Shown here one piece after another: positions 42,901 to 57,900 of a DNA stretch of 64,000 nucleotides (the first letter of the stretch is position 1; each line of letters starts with the position of its first letter). Source of the DNA: Candidatus Omnitrophota bacterium (lineage in GTDB: Bacteria; Omnitrophota; Gorgyraeia; Gygaellales; Profunditerraquicolaceae); assembly GCA_028716965.1 (NCBI GenBank), contig JAQUOV010000003.1:5302-69301 (forward strand), given 5' to 3'. The translations under genes and the position numbers were made by a program. The notes below the pieces were generated by a model, which was given only the letters and a program-made list of their open reading frames with translations, was not told the origin of the DNA and did not search any database.

Positions 42901-45900
42901 TACTATCCCATTATCTATCTCTTCCACTGAAGAAAATTGTATTAAAAAGGTTCCACTATCATACCGAAAACCTTTGTGCCCATCTCCGACAACCTCCCGC
43001 GCTTCTTTTATTGGAATACCTTCATTTATCTTTAACACCGTAACGTTATCAGCCGGTATATTTCTTCTATTAAGCTCATTGCGTAATATTCCAGCCAATC
43101 GGGCTAAGTCTTCCTGCGTGTTGGAAATTCTTGGAATGTAGGAAGAAACATCCACTTCTGATTTCATAGGAGGCAAGATTCTACGATAAAGATTCGCCAA
43201 TAACCCTAACGGCGAGGCGCAGGAAAATTGAGCAAAGTGCTGTTTTGTAGATTCCCATCGGCTCACGAATTCTTCAGGTAATATTGCCAATACTTTCCGC
43301 AAATATTTATTTTCCTGTAAAATATTTAAAAATGCGCTGGTTCCCGATAATACCGCTTCTTCAGTCAAACCCAACTCTCTGCCTAAATGACGTACTCTAT
43401 TTTCCGATTCTTTTGGCTCTAATATAATATAAGTTGCCGCCTCGTCAACTGCCCTTAAGAAATATGCCTGCTCTTCGATTGCTTTGCGCAGCGTCAAATT
43501 ATTAGTTAAATCCAAAAATGCCCTAATCTGCATTTCCTGTTCCGGTGTCATAGGATAATCAGTGCTACGAACCAGGAATATAATACGATTAATATCTATT
43601 TCCAGCTTCTCCAATAATCTACGGATTTCCCCACTCTTGGATAAATATTCTATGGTATTAGCGACTACCGGCTTAGAACCCTGCTTCCTCCCCGGATGAA
43701 GGTCATGTAATAATCCGGCTGCTCCCATTTCCAGGATACACTCAACAGGATACCCCTCATATTTAGAAATAAGAACAGACAGATAAGATGCTTCTAAGCT
43801 ATGGCTAAAGGTATGATAACTGTGGATAAGCCAGGTGTCTTTATCATATTCAGCTTTCACAAATGAAAATAACTCATCCAGATAACTCTGGGCTTTGCCT
43901 GACAGATTAAGGATTTCTTTTATGTTTACCCACAAATCGCTTTGTAGCGGCGAAGCGACAGTTCGCTTACTTTCCCTTGCTTCTAAACGGTTAAGGTTAA
44001 TCAACAGGTTTTCAATTTCTGCCTGCTGGCTGATATAAACTGCTCGGGCCTGCGGGTTAAGAATATTTACCTGCCCATAAGGCACCATATTCGGCAGATG
44101 CTTGCGGTAAACTGACTCGTGAATATACGGAATAAAAGGCATCCGTATTTCAGGCATTTCTTTAATCTGGCAAAACTGCTCCAAGAACCAAAACCAGTTA
44201 AAATAAAATTCGCGTATATCGTCCTCTAATTCATGCAGGCGGCGCGCTGCCCAATATGTAAAAATACCTTCTTTCCAGCTAACCATAATTAAAGGAACTA
44301 ATAGGTCTTCCGGTAGGTGCATAACAGGTAAATTCTTGCAGCGCTTAATAACCTCATCCCGCAGCCCCTTGAATAACTCAATAAGATTCTTTATCCTTCC
44401 CTCATTTTCAAATTTTACCAATACAATACCGGTAAATGCGAGCATTTGAAATTTGGCATAGTTTCCCAAATCATATATCTGGGGAATAGCTTCCCTGACT
44501 AAATAGTTGCCTAATTTCTCATGATTAAATCTGGCAAAGAATTTTTTGATCAGCTTAGAATGGTCAACTAAAAATATCCCTGATAGTTGTGCTTTAACCT
44601 GTGGATAAGACGCCCAGGCACTCATTAAAGTTATATCCCCTTTACCCCCCATAATCGGCCCAAGATATATCCTGTCCGCATTTAAGATAACAAGAGAACC
44701 GGAATCAATGGCTGAAGCAAAAACTGCCTTGTAAGCATTAAGCAATTGCAATTCAAATGTTTTAAGCGGACGTTGCAGCTTTCCCGTGAGACCAAAGGGC
44801 AAATTCTGCAAAAGGGTATTTTCATCTTCATTGTCGGCTAACAAACCTATAATTCTTAAGTCTTTTACCATTTTCCCGTTGAAACTGCGGAATTCTTCCT
44901 GATCGCTCATAAAACTTACCTGCGAATCGCCGGATAGCCTTTCCATTAAAACTGTGGCAGGATCATCAAGGTTAACCTGTTCAAACAGTTTCAACATGCT
45001 CAAGCCGTTACCTTTACCATAGCCATGCATAAAAACAACAGGGACATCCTTACGCCATAGAACCTGTTTTGTCTCCTGTAATAAATCTTTCAACAGATTC
45101 ACGCGCCCAAGGGGGTTGCCTGCCATTACAAGAATAATATCGGCGGCTGGCTCGCCATTGTTCATTTGAGCATCGCATGCTTCCTGCATCCTGTGATATT
45201 CCTCATTGCACATCTTTTGCCTGAAATCGATTCTTTTGTCAGACTGCGCCGAAGAAAACAATCTCAATCTCCTTTGCAGCATTCCCGCTTCTATTAATTT
45301 TGACTTATAGCGGAAACTGGTAAAATCCCATTCGAGGAATATCCAATGCATTACCATCGGAGAAATAGATAAAATAATCCTCCACCAGTCGCTTAACAAC
45401 CTGATATTGCCTAATTTGGGGACAAAGAGTTCATACAATAACACCGCGGACAATATGCTAAAAATCCTGGAAATCGTACTGCGGTACGGCCATCCTTTTC
45501 TCCAGCCTAAACGTGATTTCTTGGTTCCAGAAAGATAAAAATCGATATATTTCTGAAGGGATAAACGGATATCTTCGGGATTCGGGTATAATCCCGGGAT
45601 AAGCCGATTACCTAATTCCATAATAGAGCCCGTTAATTTCTTTAATTCTCTTTTATTTACAAACGCATTGAGGCTTATACCAAAAATCGATCTCATTACC
45701 GGCATTAATCCCAGAATTTCAAAAATGCTCCACGGCACAAGTATATAGCTAGGCACACCTTCAATATTGCCCATTCTATGCATAGCCCAGCTGTAGCTAA
45801 GGCTATACCCCCTTACAACTCGCAATACATCGATTTTTACCTGTAATCCCCTGCGGGTAGATTCGGGAACGGAGAAATTTTTTAAGTAAGCCTTTATTTT

Positions 45901-48900
45901 ATATACAGCCTTTAAGGCAATTTCATCCAAACGCCTAAATGCCGCCTCCCTTTCCTCCTTTACCGCATCTGTCATTTGCGTAGAGAATACATTCGCAGCA
46001 ATCAAACCATTTATCAGGGTAAGCATTTCCGAAATGCTTCTTTCATGGAGATTGGTGATATCGCTGATATGTTCTTCGTAATAATCATTTACGAGCTTAA
46101 ACGCCATATTTTCCTCTATAATATGTTGTGTTTGCAGCCTGAACATTTCTCTAATCCTGCGGCCTGTCTGCCAACGCGTATAGACGCAGGTTGCATAAGC
46201 AATAAGGATAACAATACCGAGCTTTATCTTTAACGGGATAACCCCGAAGGATTCAGCCAATACCCCGATAGCGCTATAATCTTCTACTAAATCGCTGGCT
46301 GCCCAGCTAACTAAAGGTATAAACAATAGAGAGGAAATTCCCGCTATGAAAATAATACTCCAATTCCGCCATCTGCTTTCCAGTATCCTTTCGGCTAAAC
46401 TAAGTGGCGAGGCGGCAGGGCTGTTAGGCGGGAATCTTTGCCACCTTTCCCAATACCGTAAAGGATAATAGATATTCTTCCTGATATAATCATATGGTGG
46501 CTTGCGGCGTAAGATATGCTTTTCAATGGATGACAAAAGATGCGGAGCCAATATCTGCTTAACCCTTGCTAAGTTATATTTATCGGCTCTAGCTACTTGT
46601 TCGAAAATAAAGGTATTCAAGCGGCCCATTGCGCCTTTATTTGTTCCTAATATCACTGACGTCTCAAAATCTATAACATACGCCTTTGGTGCCGAAGGAT
46701 CACCGGCCATAATATTTCTCCATTTGTGAAGAGAACCATGCGCCACTCCTTCTTTATGCAATTGCCCTACAACCCGCTCCAGATTTTCCACAAATTCAGA
46801 AAAATAACCTGAATTGCCTGCCGGATCATCCCTCGTTTCCTGAAAAACATCGGCCAGCGTTCTGGCTTCAATAAATTCAATGTCAAATACCCTGTTATTA
46901 AGCACCCTGAGTAGGCCAGGAATCCCCTCTAAGCCGCTTAATCTATTTAAAACAGCCACTTCTTTTTTGGCTAATAAAACAAAAAATGCGTATTTTCTAA
47001 TAAATTTCTCTCCATCCGCTTCATATAATTCTACCTTCGCCTTGAAATCTTCACAAATCAATCTAACTGACTGCGTATTCACCGGAGAGACGGGCTCAAG
47101 ATAAGCAGGACTGGAGGCCTTACGCTCCATGCCAAAACCCGCCACATAAGCACCCAACGGCGAGGAGGATAGGTAATCTAACGAAGAAATAACTGCAATT
47201 AGAGGCTCATTGGTCAACGAAGTATATTTGACAATCTTGGCCATATCTTCATCCCCCGAATAAGTGGCTGTTTTTCTTACCGTGGGATAGCCGGCTTTTG
47301 CCGTTAGCTTAACAAATTGTCCCGGTGAACGCCTGGTGATTAAAACAATTTTCTTACCCGGAACTTCGCCGGAATCATAGGAATATACATTCATTTCCAT
47401 CCCCTGACAACACAGTGAATCTGCAAGATTGCTGTAGAATTCCATAAGCCATATCTCGGAATAAGGAACAAACACGGTGTTTATGATAACTCCGCCATCC
47501 TGAAGCTGATTAACCAAATTACACCATGCTTTTAAAGGATCATTCAGGTATCTTAAAACAAAAAAAGCCGTTATCAAATCCATTTGTCCGGGAAGTTTTA
47601 TGCTTGTGATATCTCCCGGTATGAAATTAAACGGCTTATACTCTGAAAGATAAAGTCGCACTTCCTCCATAGGATATACTTCTTTTATTTCCTTAATTTC
47701 TCTCTCGCTTAAGTTATTACCATTCCAATTTATAACGTCAGCTCCGTAACAAACCAAATTATCCCCGAAAGAACTCTTGGCTCCGATCAAAGCCCTGCCT
47801 ATGCCGCATCCGGCATCCAGCCATCTGACAAAGCGCCTTGAAGTTTCCCTGTTTAAATATTCATTTAAACAAAAATCAGCGCCTGCCTCTTTTAATATTA
47901 AATCGTAAGTTTCTAAATCCCTGGATTTTCTTGTGCGCTGGTGGATTAGGCCCTGTTCAAATATGAGGGCTCCTTCCGGGGTCGATGCTGCAAAGAATTC
48001 CAGCAAAATTCTGATGGTAAGAAATAGTTGTAACGGGGAATAAAGGATGGATTGATCAAGATAGAGAGTTTTCTGGAACGCGCCAAAGAATAGATCAAAC
48101 GGCCCTGCCCTAATTCCTCCGGCATCAGCTAAGAATTCATTTAATTTAAACACCAATTCATGTCTGCCTGTTTCATTTAATGATGATTTCAGCGGCAGAT
48201 ATATGTCACGTTTCAATATCACCTTTTCTGAGCCGGTTAAAGGCCGTAACAATGCCGCGTGCGTTTCTATTTCGTAGCTAATTTCTTTCTCTGTCAGGGG
48301 CCATCTTGTTTTTGAACGCGCCGGGGCAAAAGGAGAACAAGTCAAAGCTGAACTAGCGCTTCTTGGTTTCTTTTCTCTCAAATTCCCGGTACCATTGTTA
48401 GAAAAGTCTTTATCGGTAACTTTATACAGGAAAATGAATGACGGGATGCTGGCTAATGCGGCTACCAATACTATGCCTTGCAAAGAAAAATTCGCGCTCA
48501 CCAGGATAAACGACAGGATGGTGCCAAAGATCCCCGCCGCTGCATCTATTGTCTTGCCTAAACCAAAAGCAGCTCCGGCTTCTCCTTCCGATAGCGAAGC
48601 CATATACGCCTTCTGCGTTGTAGAGCGCATGCCCAGACCGGTTTGGTTGATTATTTTTGAAATGACGATCATCAGGAAAATTCCCGGGAAAAAGGCAAAA
48701 ATGAATGTCGCCACCGAATAAAAAAAGTATCCTGTACATATGAATGCTTTTTTGGAAGCGAAACGCCCTGAAACATATCCGAAGATTAACTGTGAACAGG
48801 AACCGATAAGGATAGTTATGGCGGTAAAAATACCCATCTTCATTGCCGCCGCGCTGAAATTATGCATAATAAAAGGTATGACTGGAGAGACGATCTCCTG

Positions 48901-51900
48901 TGAAAAACTCAAGAAAAATGAGGCCATCCCAAGCCGGCAGATATTATAAATTGAATCGGGGTTGAACCTGCCATTGGGACAAGCATTATTTTTCAGCCAT
49001 AACCATGGCGCTCTCCAAAAATCAAAAGGGGAACGGTCTTTCCCGAGCCCCTCTTTCCTTATCGCGCTGGAGGATACATAAATACCCGGGGTCGCCGCAA
49101 ACCTATCAATAATCTCCTGGTATGCCTCTATTGCCAGGAACCTTCCGTTGCTGCCGTTATCAAAAACCTCCCCCCTCTTGTTCTCTTCTTTAAGATATAG
49201 CTCGAGGTGCTTAGGCTTAATGCGCATTTCTTTATCAATGAGGCTTATTCCCCTGGCTGTAATCAGCAGTTGCCGTTTTAACAGGTAACTTGCCCGGTCG
49301 ATTACATCGCGGAAACTCCCCTGGACATGCTCAAGTTCAAGATCAGTACGATCGCTAAGATGCGGCATAGCCGGTACAAATGTGTTTAAGGTAGAAAAGA
49401 TGCCTTTACGCTGTGATTTCCTGTCCAGTTTGTATAAAGTGGAAAGGTTATGAATTCTATCGCAAAGCTTAATAAAAAGCGCGATCGCAGCTTCATAGTC
49501 CCCTGTACGCGCGGCCTTAACAATCCGCAGCAGATATTCTGCTTCGCTTTCGCCCGGTTTTTTAGATAAAAGCACAACTATCCTGTAAAGCTCGGGGAAT
49601 TCTCTGCGAATCTTCCGCTTAACGGCAACGTAGTCTTCTCCGGCATCTTCAAGCGCGTCATGCAAAAAAGCCACTATTATCATGCTTATTAACCCGTCTG
49701 GGCTAACAATTACATTAAACCCGAAACGTGATAACACATTTCTGGCGTACAAAAGTATCTCGCTTGCTATCTCAGCCACCCCGACGGGATGCCAAATATA
49801 AGGAGTTGTTCTATCTCTGCGCGCCAAGCTCAAGTGTTTTTCCGCCACAATTTCCAGGGCTTTCTTAAGGCTATCCCTGTCCCCGGGCCGCAAGTTAATG
49901 CCTCTATCCCTAAGCAGCGATAAAAACCTGTTTAAAACCTTATCTACAAGGCTGCCGCGGAATAAATCAATAGTTCCGCAATCTTCCTGCCCGACCTTCT
50001 TCTTGAGTTTCTTCTCAAACCGTTCAAGATTAAGGCTATCGGGAATCTCTAATTCAAAGATAAAATTAACCTTATTCCTTGTCCCGGAGATGCGGGGAGT
50101 GAGAAATTGTGATATGTTAATCCTGTTATCTTTAAAAAATACGGCGATTTCGCGTAAATTTCCCGGCCGGTTCGGCAGAGTAAATTCCAGCACATATGTC
50201 TTGTATTTGCATTCCTTAAGTTCATCCTCATATTTTTTGTCGCGATAATCCTTTACTTTCCGTAGCTCAAACAGGATTTCATTCAAAAGTTGTTTTTTGG
50301 GAAATTCAAGGCCCAATGTTAATATACGTCCGGCACTGCTTTTCTTCATTGCCATAAAGGTACCATTAGCTTTATCTCCGATCTTGATTAAAATATCAGC
50401 AAGAAGGCCCGGGCGTTCATTATTAAACTTGATTTCAACATCCCGTCCCCATTTCTGCGCGGATTTTTTCCCAAACCGCCACTTTCCCTGAATATGCCTT
50501 GCCTGCACATATGGCACTTCAACAAAAGTCACGGGAGAAGCTGCCTTTATCCGTTCTTTCGGCGGCTTCGGATTGCTTATGCTGATAACAACGCCAAAAT
50601 GCTCTAATACGTAATATAACTGCAAAGCCCCGAATACTTGTTCTAATTTACTCCTGATATCCGTATTCGGCTTCTGCGCCTCAATAAACAGCTTGAATTC
50701 AGCCAGCGTAAGCTCAATGGTAAAACCCTCTTCGCTATATTCATATCGCTGGCGGAGCTTTCGCCCTTCAATGGAAATAATATTACAATCCCGCCTATTG
50801 GCAAATGCAACCAGCTTTTTTATAAGGTTCGGCTTGCCATCCTTTGATTTATCATGTTCGCCGTGGATAGCCACATTGTTAACTACCCTCAGGAATTCAT
50901 CATCCCGGTTTAAAATTCCCTTTTTTCTATGCGCCTCAATTAGCATTCCAAAAAGTTGCAATGCGATCTGGCCGACAAGATCCCTGAGCCGAAGGGTATA
51001 TTTAAATTCATAAAGCACTCCGCATTTACCGTCATCGCTGCACCTCCAGCCGTCGCATTCTATTTTTTTCTTTGTTTTTGGAAAAGCGTAGATTGTATTT
51101 ACCGCGTTTAAACCAAGTACCGGAAGGGATAAATCCAATGCCCTTACCGTATCCAGGAACTCAAAAGTGAACTTATAAACTCCGGAGACCTCCCCTAAAA
51201 TGCCTTTTACCGCGCAGGCATATGTATCATAGTAATTCTTAAGTGCTTTGCTCGATCTGTTGGATTCGCCGGGCTTTGCATTTCCTATTTCAAACATCCG
51301 CAATAATGTTTTCTTTACGGCATCGAATAACGCGCAGCGCCTCCTGATATCTTTATGGTGTATTTCCCAGATGCCTTCTGAAAGCAATTGGTCCAGCTTT
51401 CTCAATAATACGCCCATATCCGCCCTATCTTTAGCAAGCGGCTTCTGCCACCGCGGGATAACCGCCAGGCCTCCGAGCAATCTCTTTAACGCGTCGTCAT
51501 CCTTGGTGACGGCAATAAGGCCGAGAATCAGGCTGAAAATTCTTCCTTCTGAAATATTCAGGACGGTAAAACGAGGGATTAGGTCCTGCTCTATATAATC
51601 CTGCAATTCATTACTGATAACAGGATCTCCAAGCTCTATATTGTAAACAAGAGAAAACATCTTGGAGAGATCCGGTATCGCTTCCTCTAACTGCCGCATC
51701 CTGCCCGCAGCCGGATAATTGTATTTCTCTAAAGAAGATATGATACTGCTGCGTTCAGCCTGCGCCGACTTCAAAACAAAGATTACGTCACCCTGATGCG
51801 TCTGCAAAGATTGATTCATTGATTTATGTATAAAATGCCTTATGACAAAGGAGATAAAACCCGGATTGTTTATCTCCTCCAATGGGAGCACGATGCACAT

Positions 51901-54900
51901 TCTCTCCCTGCTTAGTTTTTCTGTTAATACAAAGATATCTTTATCCGCAGTAAAGACGACCCCAAACTCAAATTGAGAGCCAGTCGGTAAAAGGTCACCC
52001 ATCGCCTTCCTTTTTCTTAAAACATCCAAAGCCTTCTCTAATGTATCCTTGACCTGCGCCGCATCAAAACTACCTGGCTGCTCAATAATAATATCCCCGC
52101 CTTTAACATATCCGCTTACGGGAAAAATGCGGCTATCCAGGGTGCCTATTGCAGAAGAAGAAATCTTGATTAAATCCAAAAACCAATCATTCCTCACATA
52201 AATTTTAATTTTTCTTTCAAGCAAAAGTCCTGAATAATCAACCACAACGTCTGCCTTAGCAAGCTGAGCATTTATTAAAGGACCTTCTTCCATCTCCGAC
52301 CTAGCAAATACCTTAAGATTTTGAGTAAAGTTATAACCTTTATTGACGCGATCACGACCATCCCTTTTGTCTAAACACAACAAAGGCAAATCATCCACTC
52401 CGATTTTGATTATCATTAATTCTTCTATTTCTTCCCAAAGCCATGCGTAAATACCTTCCAGAACAAATGCGTAATAATCTTCACCATAATATGGTCCATC
52501 ATGATCCTTCTGCTGGGTCAGTTGAATAATACGCTGCAAATATACCGGAGTGCTCCCGTCCAATAAATCTAAGATTATGCTCCGCATCAATAGATGATCC
52601 ATCATATCGGCACCCTTAAGGCCTTTTTTCCTCCTTTCCTCCCGCAGAAAGAAATAATTATCGGTCTGTAATCCTAAAAACGGAAAATGGATTGTTCTTC
52701 TCAACATTCTTATCAACATCCTGAATAATTCGCTCTTTCCCGATGCCCCAAAGCCGGATATGCCGATCAGTCTCCTTCTATCCCCGGATTCAATTCTATA
52801 GCCGTAGACCTTTAACAGGATTGCACAAATATCAAGGATAATATCGCGAAGTTCGCCATAGAATAACTCAAGACGTGTTATACCTTTCTTAAGCTGCTGC
52901 ATCTTGCACTCAAGATCCAAAGGAACAGTAATCTCTCTCAGCAAAGTAAATTTTCCTGAATTCCAGTTACGCTCATAATGAGGTACCCAAATCGGCTTAT
53001 TCGTTTCTTCGTCAATAATTAGACTGAAATATTTGTTTACCAAGCCATTCGGCAGGCCTCTCTTCAATGCTGCTGAGATCTTCTCAGTCATAATCCTAAA
53101 AATATCGGTCTCCTGCGCTTCTTTGGAAGTTAAAAGATAGTAGTAAGTTCTCCGAATACTATTTATATCAGTTTTAGCACCGAACCGCGATTTAAGCACC
53201 CTCTCTAAGCTTAGTTTATTGTCCTCAAGGCCGCGATACTCTTGTTCCACTTCGGAAATATGGGATACCAACTTCAGCGAAGAAGAGGCAGTTGGAGAAA
53301 ACATACGGATATCTATGCCGAATTTATTTTTCATTTCATTAAATACGCTTTCCAGGATCTTATGGTTATAGCCCGTATACTTAAAGTATTTTTTCCCTTT
53401 AGGTGTAACTAATTCTTCTTTTCTCTGGGAAAAGTAGCCTAAACTCTTAAACGCCGAAGGCCAGTCTACATCGTAGGCGATAATGGTTGAAATACCATAA
53501 TCCAAAACCTGCTTAATTCCGATATAGCGCAAAGTTTCTTCCAAGCCCTTGCGCTGATATGAATCTTGTATATCCAAACTCAAAATCTCCTCCTCCGCCA
53601 TGACGGCAATCTTCTCATCGGGATAAATCCTGAAAATGCTTGTCCCAATCCTCCGCTCGCTAAAATCATCGTAGAGCACATCAAGAAAATGGGATACCGA
53701 TACGCGTGGCTCAATATCTAAAATATACTGCCGGACTATAAATATTGCTTTGGGACTAATTACAACAGCAAGGGCAGGACACTGCCTCAACGAAACCCAT
53801 TTCTTATTGCTTTTAGGATCTATAAGCGCAACGGCATCACCGGTAATTTTTACTTCCTGACTGATCCTCTCGAAGATTGTCTCAAAAGAAACATCTTTAA
53901 GAAGCGGCGCATAAATACTTGAAGATGCCATAAGCCCGTCAATAATCTCCTGGCGGACTTGCGCCATAGGAGAAGAGCCTTTAGATGTTGAGAGTAGTTT
54001 TCCGTTAATAAAGAAGTTACTGGCATTAGGCTCAGGCAGGACTATGAGAGGGAATTCGCTGCGCGCCCCTCCTCCTTCCCAGCCTCCATTCTCCGATTTC
54101 TGCGGCCAGAGAAAACTTAGAATATGCCTTCCCGGCTTTAGGCCAAAAAACGGGACAAAATATTTCTCCGCGGCCTTTCCCTGTAAGGCCGGGATAAAAT
54201 GTTCGTACCCGCTTTCTTTATCTTGCAAATAAACGATAAAAGGATTGTCGTTTTCTATTAGAAGGAGCTGATCATCCAGCAGTAGTGTCTCTTTATACCT
54301 GCTTTCTTCCCAATTCCATTCCACCAGACGCTCTCCCAAACGCATAAAAATATTGCGCGGAGTTTTTCCCGGCTCTCGCAGGCTCTCAGCAATCAGCCCG
54401 CGTTCAGGTTCTTTGACGGAAGGAAGAATATGTTTACGCATCCACTCTTCAGGGCTCTGCTCAACCGATTCAAACCGGTAAATACCGATTTGTCCGGGAG
54501 CCAATTCCGTTTTGAATATCGGCGTATTCAGGACAAGCTGCTTTCCAGTGATGAGTTCTTTAAAAACGAATCTATTGCCTGGATGAAGCCCAAACTTCCA
54601 GAAAGGCAGCGGAAATTCAACTGTCTTAGGTATGTTGCTGAAATTAACTACGATTAAAAGATTATTTCCTTCGTGCGCCTTGGCAACGCATAGCAGGCGC
54701 TCGTCATTGGTAAAAATACGGGTTGCTTCGGAATAATTTACCGCGGAATTGTTCTCCCTCACCCACACACACATCTTTATTAAATCCGAAAAGTCAAATC
54801 GACCTGCCTCCTCCGTTCCCCAGATTATCGCCTGGTCGCTTTCTCTTTTCCACTTTGCCGGTTCTATCGTCCCCAGATCGTCAAGACTGAATATTTCGGT

Positions 54901-57900
54901 CTCTAAGAGGGGAATAAGGAGTGCTAAAGCCAAAAGCCCGGGCCCTCCTATACGTATCGCTTCCCTCTCGTTCTGTTCTCCGGTCAAGTACTGCAATAAT
55001 CCGAGCATCTGCCTGAAGAACCGCTGGTGGTCGTGGTTGCCAACTACAGTTTCTATGGCTTTACGGGAATTCTCTATTAGGTCATCACAATATCTATCCA
55101 GAGTTTTGAAACTTTCCTCAATATGGATAAACGAATACTGGATAAATCCCAGCCAATCAAAATTTATATCGCCTCCCATCTGCTCTATAAGGGCTAAAAG
55201 GTTATTCTCGCGGAAATGTTCGGCAAGCGCCCCTGCCAACAGACAATGATTGTTATTTTCGGGTAACCTGCCATAATCAATATTCTTATCCCCGCAGCCG
55301 CACTTATGCAAAGCATCTATCCACCAGCCGCTGATACCGGGGCATAGTTTCGTCCAGTACTTATACGGTTCTATGCGAGGATCAGTCTTGCCTTCTGCTA
55401 CGAGCCGGGCAATAAAATTCTCATCCCATAAAGCCAAATCTGCCCACTCCTGGTAATCGATCCTGTCGGGGCTACGCACTATGCTCCCCGGGCTCTGTAT
55501 TTTTCCATCTATAACCACAAAGTAATCCGGGTTAAACTTCGCCTCCGTTCCCTCTTCTGAGGGATAAAAAGGCATAGTAGGTAAAATACGTATACCGTCT
55601 TTCTTAAGAGAATTCTCCATTTTATTTAAATTTTCTACTCCTACAAACTGTTCATAGAAAATAAACTCTTCCAATTCCGGATAACTCAAGGGCTCCCTGC
55701 CGAAATACCGTGTTTCTTTATAATTTATTTTATCTACACCGTAACCTTCCCATAGAGATATTCTTTCTTTAGTTAAGCAGGCGTATTGCCGTATTTTCTC
55801 AAATTCACAAAACCTCCTGAACGCCTCCTTCCTATCGCTTTCGGCAAATTGTTTAAAATGTTCAAACTTATCAACTGGGAATTCTCCTGCATCTTGAACC
55901 TTGTTCCAGTCTATTACTCCCGGGTGCAACGCATAGAAAGAAAGAGGCGCGAATGGGCTTGACCAAGGTGTCGGAAAAAATGGAGAGAGGATGAAGACAT
56001 TTTTGCCGGTTTTCCTGTTGAGCTGACGGATAAAATCCTCTATCTCCGCGAAGGTAGGAACCAGCCTATTTTTTATAGTGTAACCGGACGAATATCCGGA
56101 TGTAATGACATCCGGAAGGAAAACATAATACGGATGGTAAGTTTCCCGCTTGAGCCAATCAGGGACTGAATGAATGTGTATAGTAGCAATGGAATCCAGT
56201 TCTTTAGCCCAAGAACTCTGGTTCCTGAGCCAGGCATAAGCTTTGAAATTAAAAAACCCGCTCAAACGCTGGGGGGTGAGTTTTACTTGCGCGACAAAAA
56301 CCTGTCTACCTTGCTTATCTCTTTCCTGATAAACATTATCTGCTGGTGCAGTAACATCATACCAGGAGTCTTTATAAGGATTATCCATGTTTGTGCGCAG
56401 CGCAATCGCCAGGTCCTGCGGCCTCAAGCCATATCCGCTGTTTACCTTAACAATGATTTTAACCTCAAGGCTTTCTCCCAGTAAGAGCGGAATATAGCTT
56501 CCGGCAGACGGTTCCATATCCAATTCCAATGCCTCCAGAGGCACATCTTTACGCAATTCCTCTAATTCTTGAGGAAGCACCGCTGAAGACGCTCTCCCTT
56601 GTTCGCAATTCTTCCTCCCAAATAAATTACTGCCTCCGGATCTTTCTTCGGTATAGCTAAGCGCCCGCATCACTGCTCCTAAAAGATCCGTTGCGATGGG
56701 ACTGGAGGTAACCGGAGATTGCAGAGCCACGACGGTCAACGTTTTTAACGGTTGATCTTCCTGCAAAGGGGTCCGAGAAATTTCATACGGCAGCCCCTGG
56801 CTGTCTTTACTAATGCCTATTTTCACAAATCCTGGATAGTGCCGATATTCTTTCTGTCGTTTGGGATAAAGAGCCTCAAACAAGATACGGGGACGGGAGC
56901 CTTTTGGCAGGTCTATTACACGCATGCTCATTCCGTCTGCCTTGCTTTTCAAATACATAACGAATATGCGCCCTTTTAAAGAATTTCTTATGCGGTTAAA
57001 ATTCTCTTGCAGATTTGCAGTGAGAGGAATTTCATCCGCATAGAAAACCTGTTTATCGCCTTTCGATCGCTCATAAGGAAACTTATATAACAGATACGCC
57101 CAGTACGGAATTACCCCCAGCTCTTCCTCTCTCGGCTGCCTGCCGCTGACATACTTTTCATATTCGGCCGGCTCAATAACCACTATTTCAAACGGCAAGG
57201 GCTTTTTACCTTCCCTAAATGCTATCGCAAAGCTTAAACGAGTCGCTTCATATCCTTTTTTGGATTTGACCTGCGGCTTAGTTCTATACCGTATACCTTC
57301 ACTTTTAAGGTATTTGACAATTATTTCTTTTATTAAGTACCTATCTTTGGTGATAACACGCACCCCCATGATGTCAACAACCTTTCTTCGCCCTTCTTCG
57401 CGCAGCAGGCCCTTGCGTAAAATACTGACCGCGTCTTTTACTCTGCTTTCGATTTTTTCAACGGTAACCCCGGATTGCTCAAATTGAACCTGCAGTTGAA
57501 AAGAAAATCTCCGTAATTCATTCTTCATTTCTTTGCGGGAAAGCCCGTATTTTACTTCAAGATTTCTTTTAATCTTTCTATAGAGGGCCGTGTGTACGAT
57601 CTTAAAAGAGATACTCCTCATTTTTTCAAATAATATGTATTCGTTAAGGCGTGCCGACAAAGGTACAAGAACTTCTTCAATTTTCCTATAAGTATAACTC
57701 TTTTTCCATTTGGTCGCTTTTGTCAATGCCTGAGTTTCATCCCCAAAATCAAGCACCAGATTATCCGCATCTCCGCAGGACTGGATAACGGCATTCTGGT
57801 AATTCTGTACGGTATTGCTTCCTTCAATTTCAGAAATAATGCCTCCCACAAATGGCCACCCCATTGAAACCTTTTCCAGGATTTCAACCGAGGCTTTTAT

